Source of the DNA: Albugo candida | Taxonomy: Eukaryota | Direction: 5' to 3' | Length of the DNA stretch: 64,000 nucleotides | Assembly (NCBI GenBank): GCA_040437565.1 | Contig: JBDOQK010000057.1 | Coordinates: forward strand, 124,001 to 188,000 | Part shown: in pieces, positions 53,841 through 64,000 of the stretch | How the letters are laid out: each line of letters opens with the position of its first letter | Position numbering within the stretch: position 1 is the first letter of the stretch | The notes under the pieces: model-generated | What the model was told of the DNA's origin: nothing | The model's database searches: none | The model's input: only the letters and a program-made list of their open reading frames with translations | Position numbers and translations under genes: made by a program

Positions 53841-54893
53841 TCAGCCTAATTCAAGCTTTTGTAGAAGTCTTAGATGCGCTTTATCTTGCCATACAGACGT
53901 CCATTTTTCGAATCGATTTTTGAATGTTAAGATCTTGCTTTTGCAGCAACAATCATGACTCGAATCCGAAAGAAAATGCGGATTGAAAATCAAATGGACT
54001 GGGGTTACTCCTGTGGCCTTTATCACGTATTTTACAAGCCGTTTTTTTTACACCCCAATCATTCGTCACATCAAATTTTGTTTGAATTTTGTAATAGACA
54101 TCACCTTTTGAGTTAAAATAGCTGATTGTCAGAAGCGACATTTTGCAAAACTTATAAGAAAAGAGATCCAAGTCGTTTTTTGCAGAAATTTTACGGATTA
54201 TCAATTCTTTGCGAGAACAGTATAATGTCTGTTGCTTTCCATTGATTGAATTAGGGTCATTATCGAGTTGGTTGAAAGATGCCCTAATCCATCCCTCAAA
54301 GCAGTTGCTCCTCAACCACATAATAATCTCCATCATAACATCCAGTTCAACAACAAGCTTTATTTTAGTATCGCTCTCGGCTATCTCTGGCACCAGCGAT
54401 CAATCAGAATCCTTTCTTGAGAAATTGGAGACCAGAACGATCATCATCGCTGTATTATTTGATACTTAGACTCAATATTATTTTGAAGACACTTTGGCAT
54501 CCTTTACCCAGTTCGTAATTTCTTTTCTATAAAGCGAAATCACTATCTGGCATGTTTTGCATTGCAAGGCGATGTCTAGATAGATGAGTACTATCGCCTC
54601 CCAGGGTGAGCTTCTTGACTGGTTGTAACTACAAATGTTTTTTCTTTTGAGCGCTACAATCTCTACTGTACATAGTCACATCGTTGAGAATCGCAGGCTC
54701 TTGATGCAAACTCATCTGAGGGCCTTCACTCATGCGAAATGTTTCCAATTTCTATGTGAAGTAGTCCAATTTCTCGTTTCAACAATTCTCGAATGCCGCC
54801 TTTTTTTCATGAAATACGGACTGAGCAGATCAAAACTTGATATATGATATAACATGTTCATTAGATTTTCGAAAGGGCAATGTCGCGTTTCAT
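53841..54893 (-). pseudogene. Decayed probable member of the secreted pepsin-fold family
   Basis: KLTLGGDSTHLSRH (~54613-54572) vs RLMLTSDSTWSYRH (43114 copy) and QLTVGG (63906 copy). ORF 53953-54393 is followed, after a frameshift, by DWGV..RLVKYVIK..VHLIF (cf. HWVI..KRYRTTF..IHLQF). The start position is uncertain. Confidence 0.5.
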
Positions 54894-56099
54894 CGGACGA
54901 TCAGATAAATCCGTTCAATCAATAGTAGTATACATCCCGCATTGAAATGGCTCTCGATTCTCAGCCAATTAAATACCAAAAGTGTCACACGTCTTAGGAC
55001 TGGAGGTTTCTATCGCAACGTTTCTCTCGCCGTCTATTAAAAAGACGACTAGCTATACCGACGTCGTTGTATTTTGGCCATTGCTACTATCCCAGATACG
55101 GGATGTGAACTGATGACTGCACCGTCATCCTCGAACTTCGTCCGATGTCAAGTTGCAACAAAATGGTGTATCTATTTTTCTTTTCCACGATCATGTATAG
55201 TAGATGCCTACCAATGCGGAGAAATGTCTTACTATCTGAAGGTATTAATGGTAAACCTGAATCCAGATTTTCAATCTACTCTACGGTCTGAGCATGAATT
55301 CTAAAGAACGCATTCAATATGAGGACCCTTCTTGGTTCATCTCCAAAATAAGCTTTGCCCTATATACGAAAAGCCCCCAGAATGGGTCGAGAGGAAACAA
55401 AGGAGAGGCATGATATATTCAAAGTTTGATTACATGAACACCATCATCATTTTGATACGCCAGCGTGGTCAGATATCTAGAGAGCTTATTGAAGGAACGT
55501 CTTCATCTAACGTGGTGTGATCCGCTTAGCGAGCTGCAGCTCTCACAAAATTGATTAGGCTTAGGTTTTACATTCTACCTAGGGGGAGAAAAATGCTACC
55601 ATAAGTCACTTTCTAGGATAATAAACATGAGCGTTTATCGAATGCATAGTTGCATCGTACTCAATACCGAAATTCCGCGCTATTGTGCCAACCGAAACAC
55701 TTCGATGATGCCTATCAATACGCTACTAATAGTCGAACATACTAACTAGTTTCGAAAGTGATTAATATTGGCATTGCTACCTCGGTTCAACGATGGCCAT
55801 TCCTCGTGCTCTATGATGGCTCATCTATTGTAATAACGTACAGTGTCACACATTGGTGACGACCATATCAACATTGTCTTAGCCAATAATTACCAGGGTA
55901 TTCAGTTTTTGCTATGAGCGCATTTATCCATAGTTCTCTACTTTTGAAGAAGCGGAGTTTCAAACCCGATATGTCAACTAGATTTCTCCGATTTGATTTC
56001 ACTATTCATTCATTCTGTAAACGATAGTTCGCATCCGTCAATTTCACCCGTTTGCAGAGCACGTCTGAACGACCCTCTTGGAGATGTTTATCGCCTCTT

Positions 56100-58050
56100 C
56101 GACCTAATGATGGTTTTACACTACCTGTCAGATTAATGCAGCTGGTAGTATTTTTATGCCTTTTGTATCATCGGCACACAGCCGTCCGAATGTGGTTCCA
56201 ACGTAGACCGGTCGAAAAAGCTTGATAAAAGATCGGAAGTAGCTTCAGTCAAAACAGCGCTCTACGTAGAAAGCGATGTTGATCAGATTTCCCTGTTACA
56301 AAGAGACACTAATGCACGACATAATGTCAGATTAGATGTAATTTCAATAAATGAAGATCTTCAAAATGCGTCAAGAGCCGTCTTTCAATATGAAGTGACG
56401 TGTGCTCAGACGTTCGAAACCGTTACGTATACTCTGTATCTGATTTCTTACGCAGACATCAATGTGCTAAAATAAGATGAGTATTTGTCGCTCTTCGAAG
56501 TTTCAAATGCTCAGTGGAGGCTAGGTGCGCTGTATAGATAAAGGAAAAAATTCTTTTTCCTGCTTTGTACTTTCAAGTTGAACAGTTTTTTTACTCGAGC
56601 TTGGTTCAATCCAAGTGATGAGACCAATCGTCGATTTGGTACGCTGAAGTAGCTGATTGACATCATTATGAAGTCACCTCAGTAACGCTTTTCCAATAGT
56701 ATCTCATATGTTGAGCTCTCTTATATGTAGTTCGGCAAATAAGTTCTATTTCGTAGGCCATATAATCCAAGCTACGAACAACTCCAAGTGATTTCGGATC
56801 TCAATAGCATTTAACGGATAAGTTTTGAAATGTGCAATGCAACTCTCAGGCATTGCAAAGTTTTATCAGAGATATTCCGTGCCGATTTCGGTTGGCAGAA
56901 TCAAAGAGATTACGTGGTCGCAGTGGAACCGCAGCTGAACAATTTGTTAGTATAGGAATTTGTGAAAGATTCAAGTGCCAATCATCTATTCAGTCTGGTA
57001 GCACACTTGAAATGCTTTTTTCACCTCAAGTGATGTAGCCTCTAGTTCGTCCATTCTTTGTGTCCATCGGAAATATTTTTATGGACTTGTGCGGTTCAAA
57101 AGAATCAAGGATTTTAGGCTGTATTCATTTTCCGGAGCCTCTATATGATATGTAGTAATGAATATTCACACATTGGATGCGAAACGATGCAGGGGTAAAA
57201 TGCGTCAAATAGCGCCAGTTGTCCGACTAAAACAGTATTTCCTGTTCTTCTTCTTGTCGACGAAGATATAGAAAGTACTTTCTAATAAGGTGAATGTGCT
57301 TCTAATCTTTTGTTTGTGTTTTCAACCAAGCAAGCACAGATTGATTCGAAATCAATTACCACTTTGGAGTAATATCTGCTGGTATGTCCAATGCCACGGA
57401 CGTGATCAGCGCAGATAGAAAACTACCTGGGGCAGTAGATGCACCTTGGCACCAGAATGCAAATCTTTCATATCAAAGATCATCATGGATTGATGTATCC
57501 ATCGAACTGGTTTGATACACACTTGACCGAAAAATGATTTATAAATCGAATATGCATACACCCGGAATGGGAGCTCACATTATGGTACGATACCACAACG
57601 ACGACGACTTAACCAAGTTGCGCTACTCACAACGTTCACCACACTAGACTTGTGCGATTCTTTTTGCTCTAAACTACATTCGGTGCTCGTACAGAAATGT
57701 CGACTTGTCTAGAATAAATTTCAAGCAGCAACAGCAGTGCTATTAATCCAAATTTATATTTTCGTGTCCAAGAAGTAAGTTTCAAAAGCTTCGATAGTCA
57801 TGTGTAGATACTGTGTAAAGCGATAAACACTTTTTTTTCACTCCATGATAGTGGGGGCTGGAGGTTATGATATTTTGGTCGGTGTACAAAGTACAAAGCC
57901 AGTAGATGAAACGTATTGCAGTGCCCGTTTTATCTCGACCCAACGAAGTACGTCCCATTGGATTGGTACTTGGCTTTTTCAAAGTTCAGAATGTCGTATG
58001 CTCTTCAATTGTGCAAGAAGAGTCTTTATTACAGCTACATCCCGGTAGCG
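56100..58050 (-). mobile_element. L1-type LINE ORF2 relic, copy 2
   Basis: ILNFEKA (~57990; cf. lDfeKAfD), FIYWLCTLY and HGVKK (cf. RGVrQG). GRYYSKVVIDFESICAC vs GNYSTARIDIK*ICAW and AYQIDDWSHHL vs AYSLDDWSHHL are shared with copy 1. The DNA string TGATGAGACCAATCGTCGA occurs at both ~10734 and ~56616. Confidence 0.8.
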
Positions 58051-58899
58051 GTATTCAAGGTGGTATACAAGACTGAATATTGCTGATCACAATATATGGG
58101 ACATCATCTGGAAGAGCATTTTACCTTTTCAAATCCAGCTTAATTACATTGGCGAGGACATGGCGAAAGTTCAGTACGACTTACTGAATATTCTCAAGCT
58201 GTCAAAGAAAACAAATTGGAAGCGAATTTGATACTTGAACAGCTACGGACAAGTTTAAATTTTTGAAATTTGTATGAAAAATGAAACTCAAAAATTACAA
58301 AACAGCTCCAAGCATTCAAAAAATACTTGAAAAGATAGCTAAAGTGGTTTTGAGTCTACTCAGCATATTATAAAAGCCAAAACATTCAATATCGTAATTG
58401 AAAAATACAAAATAGTCTCCACATTTATTTGATCCGAGTCTCCAAAAATCTTAAATTTCATCCGAAAAATTTAATATTCAATACAACAAGGATATGAAGC
58501 ATCGATGAATTCTGTTTTGATGTCGCCTTTGGCACTCAAAGTAATGTAATGATGCAAATCATTGAAATGGACCGTGCACTTGAAACAAGTACGTTGTCTA
58601 GTTGAACATTTTGAAAATCTAGAGCATCACACACTTTCTCCATTATCATGCTTATTAGTCAGTATCCCATTAGGGCATCCAATCCGAATTTTTCTTATCT
58701 CATCCCTGGCGTCAGAGGTCAATTACAACATTATACCTTTATCTGACAGACATTATGCTTCATTCTATCCTGATGGATCAATGATTACTTTACACAGCGG
58801 GATTTTTGCGTTGATGTGCAATTCTGGTAGTGTTTCTGGGGTATTGTTTTGTTGTGAGCTACTTTAACTTTACTGCAGGCATATCTTACGATCGGAACA

Positions 58900-60300
58900 T
58901 AGTACAAAAAGTGTTTGCGGAAAAGTGATCGCTGATCTTTTTATGTTTTTGGATATCATTGTTCGTATCGAATCCGTTACTCGCTTAAATTGCGAAAGAG
59001 AGAAGCGCTTATAGCGCAGTATACCACCGCTGAGAGTAGATGTGTATAGGTATATTATACGGATCTTCCCGCATCAACCACATGCTTTATATGGAAAAGT
59101 AAAGAAACAAGCGTGCACCTGTAGAAATGACTACCATTTCTGTTGCTTTTTCCATCTGAAAGATTTCATTGACGTGAATGGAAACGAGCTTAATCGGTAA
59201 CTTGATGCATTCCTCTTTCACTTTGATAAACACACTTCATGTTTTTATTGCTGATAGAATTTATACAGTATCTATCATTAAAACGTTTTTGAGGATGTAG
59301 GAAGCGGTCCGAGAGCATGATACTCGCGATAGTACTCAAATAATGAAACTGTGCATAATGAATCGAGGAAATATTTTTCACCCACCGAGTAGGAGTCCTA
59401 TTCCTGCATTATGTGGTATTCACTAATACAACAAGCCACTTCTTCTGACCTAAAAAATGAAAAAATAGCAGAGAAAGAAGAGGTTGGAAAGATATTATTT
59501 TTGCAGCTACGGAAATACTGTATCGCGACTATTCAAATTGAGGAGCGCAACATATCAAGGTACCGATTTCCTTCTGGCTCAGTATATTGTATTAGTTATG
59601 ATAAAGCAACCGGTAGTATACGGGGAAGTTGTCGATAAAGGTCATACTTTAAGAAGTTGTCTGCCGGCGGCGTACCAAGAAGTGTGCACATCGCACCATC
59701 GATATTCAAAACTTTGGTCCGCAAGATACTTCAAGATAGTTCGAGCAAAATGCATAGAAGACAATAAACTGGGATTGTCATGCATCCAGCATGTCATGCA
59801 TATTCGTGCAGGGAAGCGAGACGGCAATGGAATGTTGCTCCCGCTCATTTTATAAAGTCTTCAAAATTAGTGGTCTGACTTGACCGTCATTTCTTGGAGC
59901 ATAACGATGAATGCTATCTATATCATGTGAAGACATCAGCAACTGATGTAAACGTACTACCAAGAAATGGAAGGATAAATGGTCCTGATAAGCCATAATT
60001 CGTATTTACGCACATCCTGATGTCTCTTTATCTTGAACTCATTCATTCTTTATACGCGAATAAATTAGTCGCCTACGTGATCACCTTGACAAATGTCGCG
60101 AAGCGAGATGAATTTTGACGGAAAAACAATCATCGAGCCGTAATCTTTCTGAAAAGATTCCGTTCGATACTTGGTTGATTGCATGTTAACCTGACACAGC
60201 ATCAGGTTGATGCTGCTAGGAATAACAATTTCCTAGAAAGAAAAACGAAATGATGCAAGAAAATCTTCAGCGTAAATATAAGATGTGCACCATACAGAAC
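58900..60300 (+). mobile_element. Ty3/gypsy retrotransposon relic (integrase region)
   Basis: LPAAYQEVCTSHH...SCIQH...GKRDGNGMLLPL, then WSDLTV and IRIYAHPDV. These follow the gypsy integrase order (H..H..C..C; G.L.PL; W..isMDF; rlhG.P..ivSD). Very degenerate. Confidence 0.55.
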
Positions 60301-62982
60301 AGTTTCTGCATAAACAAAGTTCACCATGGATTAGCTGAATGCTCTTCTTTTCTATAAGAACTTTCGTCATTTCCTATCATGCTAATGAAGATAGAAACTC
60401 GCAAAAAAGGATCGATCCATTTCTGAAGAGCAGATGTTCAGCCTAAGTTGAGAGCAATTCACTATCTTGAGCACTATCGGTGAAGAGAGTGTTCGATTTA
60501 ATCCCCAATTCAACGCTACAAACTCTTTGCATCTCCAAACCTATCCAGTGGTGCCTTTCTTCTCTCGGTGCAAAATGCTTTGACGCTACATTCATATTTT
60601 TAAGCATGAAGAAAGTTGAAATACTTTCTTATTCCATATAATCTCTTTTCGTAGAATTCGTGCTCATTCGAGATTCCTATCCCATCACGAGAATAAAGAA
60701 CAGTGCCGTTTTGAAGTTGCTACCACGGATGCTCTCCGGTGATCAGTCAGCCACGTCATATAATGTTAGCATTCCAACTATACAGGTTATTACATACTAT
60801 CTTTCTATAGCATCGACGTCATGATTGTACCTGGATAGGACACAATGAGAGATATTCGAGCGAATATCTCCAGAAAGTCATCATCAACTTTAATCGTTCC
60901 TGCAATCTAAAACCTACTGAAGGTATCATCAACTGAGGATTTTGGAAGTAGGATTAGGTCTCTGTAATTCCACCATGTACAGACCCAATGCAATCTATTT
61001 TGGTTTCTCAAAATGATCGAAATGAGGTGAGGAAGGTACTAAATGACGTTTGCAATACTATATGGTATCTAGTCAGTGCTTCTTGGCAATCCCACCCCAC
61101 CGACTTACCGCCTCAAAATTTGCCTGTGAGGAAGGTAACTTTGCTGGTCTATTATTCTGAATCATCGCTATTGGAAGTAAAGATGGCAGCCAAAACGTGA
61201 TAAACCGATGTAAACGTTTTCGTGTAGCCTTGATATACGCTTTTGTGATGCCTAACCTATCGGCGGATGCTAGCAAAAATATTTCAGCATTTTTCAGTGC
61301 GTAGATCTCTAAACTTTCGGTTTGCAATGATGACGGTCATCAAATGCGTCCACCCTTCGCTAGAAGTGAATATCAATCATCCACGATAGTAACAGAGCTA
61401 AACGTTATTGACTTTTATCATTAGATCGCATGAAAGGCTTCAAAGTTGATGTGGCGAATTAAGTTTGCTCTTACTGTGGCGCTGACAAACATGAACTACT
61501 GTCAAACGTAATCATTCAGATGGAAAATAGAATAATGCAACATGACTAGAAGTTTAACCATGCGTTGATAAATTGAGACTTCGGATATTTCTGTATTACT
61601 ATGTCATCGTTGAGTATCAACGGCGTAAACATATTTGCTATTACTGTTGATGCAAGTATGTTCGGACAAGTGAGATGTAACATTTACTTCGCTTGCTTTT
61701 TGTCTTGGCAGTTGTATATATTTTGCTTATTCTGATGATACACCTCTTTAGAGTAATAAGTTCGGAGCTCATGATACCGCCGTTTGGATTTATCGTAAGA
61801 TTTAAAAATTATAATATATGTGAGCTTAAAACCATTTTTATGATTTAAAACAGAACGGCCAGCTCACTTTGAATGACTTGCTGACGTCTAGTCAAAAAAT
61901 CTACAATCGAGCTTCAATATCGAACTTTCTCAAGTCTCTTACTCAAGCCATGGCAAACCAACGGCAAACATTTCTACAGTTTTGTCCGGCAACTCGCTGC
62001 TATTCGACACTCGGGTACCTTTCAAATCCAAAGTCGATTTGCACTAGTCTTATTATAACTTGTGCGCTTCATCTACACCGAGTTGCTGTGCGCTTCACAA
62101 GGACCAAATTGCTACTAAATTGCCATCGTCTAAATACAATCAGGTGTAATGAAGAAGTCTTCCGTGCTACTCGCATGTCTTCGATTAATCATCCAAATAC
62201 GCAGGAAGTCTCCTACAGGAACATCGTTGATATTCTACTGATAATAATATGTTGTACCGAGACAGAGTGAAAGTATTCAGGAGATAATGGATAATTTGAT
62301 ATAACAATCTGTAGGTGGAAGCATTCGATGAAGTATTCTTGTAGCGAAGTACATATGCATTAATTGATTAGACTGTAGCCGTACAAAGAATTTGTTGGAA
62401 GCTGTGTATTTACTTTGTGGTTCTGTTCTTTACCGCCGAAGAAAAGAAGATTGAAGCGCACGTACATACCTAAGTTTGTTACAATTCCTCGATTTCACAG
62501 AAAATAAAGCTACTCGGTTAGTTAGAAGTGCGAATTCGATGCGTCAATGTAAACGTCACATTTCTGCATACTCAGTTTGATGCGAACTTGACTAGCGCAA
62601 GCTGTAGTATGGAGCGTAAAAGTAAGTTACGTCGTAAGAAATGTGTTGACGTTGGTTACATGCTGAAAATACTCAGTTTAGAGAGCATTTTGTACACTGA
62701 GCTACTTTCGTACAATCAACAAGAAGATGAGTTGAATCCACCAAATAGTAATCACTTATCTACTAGGCGTATACGGTGATGGACGGAAAACAGGGTAGTA
62801 AATCAACAGGCTGATCCAATGAGTGTTTTGAAAGCACTATCACAGTATCTAAATACAGAAACATGATACTGCACTAGCCTGTGACAGTATGAAGGTGGTC
62901 ATGCCAAGATATGAGAGCACAGTTAGCATCCTGAAAGCACATGTAGAAAAACCTGTCTTTGTATTTTGATAATCTGGCAGTG

Positions 62983-63906
62983 TTAAGCAACAGAAACCTC
63001 AAACATTTGCATCTGCACATGAAGAGATGCAATACTGGTATTGTTTAGGGTGTATTGGTGACGACCGAAGCTCGCTTTTGTGGGTCTTAAAAATGCAGCG
63101 CCAACCATCCACGCCGATGATAACATTTCGCCGGTTTGTACTGCCAAAACGCATCGCTTCTTGTCATTCTCCCCATAAAGAAATTGGTAGTTGTAACGCC
63201 TCCTTGGAAAGAAAATTGAAACGTCGGAAGCTTAAGGCTGAGAACAAAATCACAATCATCAAAATCAGCTTGATGATGTTTTCTTTTTTCCTCTGCAAAA
63301 GCCCGGACAAGGATTTTATATGCCCAATCTGGAATAGTGCTGTGATATTGTGCAAAATTAAAGAAAACGCATTCTAGATGAAATTCTTTGCCTTCTAATT
63401 TGACGTATTTCGGAATGCCAAGGTCAGCTCTAATCTCGTCACCATGAAGAACATGAAATACCTTCTTATTGAGAGTCGTCCTACCTGTCCGTTTCATAGT
63501 TTACAATGTTGGCTTGTGATCCCGATAATTTCCATTTGAGCATGAAAGAGCAAGCTCTATGCTTGCGCATGTAAGTACTGAGCACATTGAACAATAGCAA
63601 TACAAATTGGTATTTCGTTTTCAATTTCTTTACTACCCTTCCACCCACCGTCAGCTGGTTTAATTTCGTCTATATCTTTCTGGTTCAATTCAAGAAAAGT
63701 CCCGCCTACACCTTCTTCTGTCGATGTAGTCCTCTGTGGTATCTTGGTTGATAGGAGAAATCTGGGATCATGAGATTTAGGACGAAAACAGGTATCTCGA
63801 GCGAATTCAGAAACCGGAGTCCCATAAAATGAAAATCTGGACTATCGTAACCCACATTGTGCCAGCTGGTAACTCGGAAAATGATATATAAAGCTGTCAG
63901 CTTCAT
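62983..63906 (-). pseudogene. Secreted pepsin-fold pseudo-protease gene, frameshifted
   Basis: Leader MKLTALYIIF. ORF 63087-63497 reads CVFFNFAQYHSTIPDWAYKILVRAF..DCD..LPTFQFSFQGG..KCY. After a frameshift it reads WMVGAAFLRPTKASF...LHVQM...* (stop at 62985-62983), matching the WILG..FLR motif. Confidence 0.7.
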
Positions 63907-64000
63907 TCAACCATACAATCCAAAGGTGGGAAAGATGATTCGGTTGACCGCGTTTTGAAGAAAAAAAGTGGAGATTTGTAAAATTAATCATCAAATCAAA

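Noticed and set aside
58060-58560. A-rich tract with recurring AAAAATA/ACTC motifs
   Set aside because: Low complexity, with no definable repeat unit or partner inverted repeat.
1-64000. Canonical RXLR, CRN or CHXC/CCG effector motifs; tRNA or rRNA genes; prokaryotic operons
   Set aside because: No convincing instance was seen by eye after any signal peptide, and no structural RNA or operon-like organisation was recognised. Dedicated scans were not possible.

Overview
This window is eukaryotic, moderately AT-rich, gene-sparse DNA with a 100-N scaffold gap at 32621-32720. Gene content and transposon types suggest an oomycete, possibly an obligate biotroph such as Albugo; this is an inference. 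Almost everything recognisable is decayed. Pseudogenes include a CLN3/battenin-like gene, a tryptophan synthase beta chain with intron remnants, and a giant LamG+UBA gene resembling an E3 ligase. Transposon relics include two copia, two L1-type LINEs, a gypsy integrase, a MULE, a piggyBac, a possible pogo and an unclassified inverted-repeat element. The main observation is a dispersed family of about 5-7 signal-peptide genes that by eye resemble the C-terminal part of pepsin-like (A1) aspartic proteases but lack the catalytic D[T/S]G motifs. Only one copy (49587-50267) has an intact ORF. This is a candidate lineage-specific family of secreted pseudo-protease effectors under birth-and-death evolution. 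All homology calls come from manual motif reading, not database searches.
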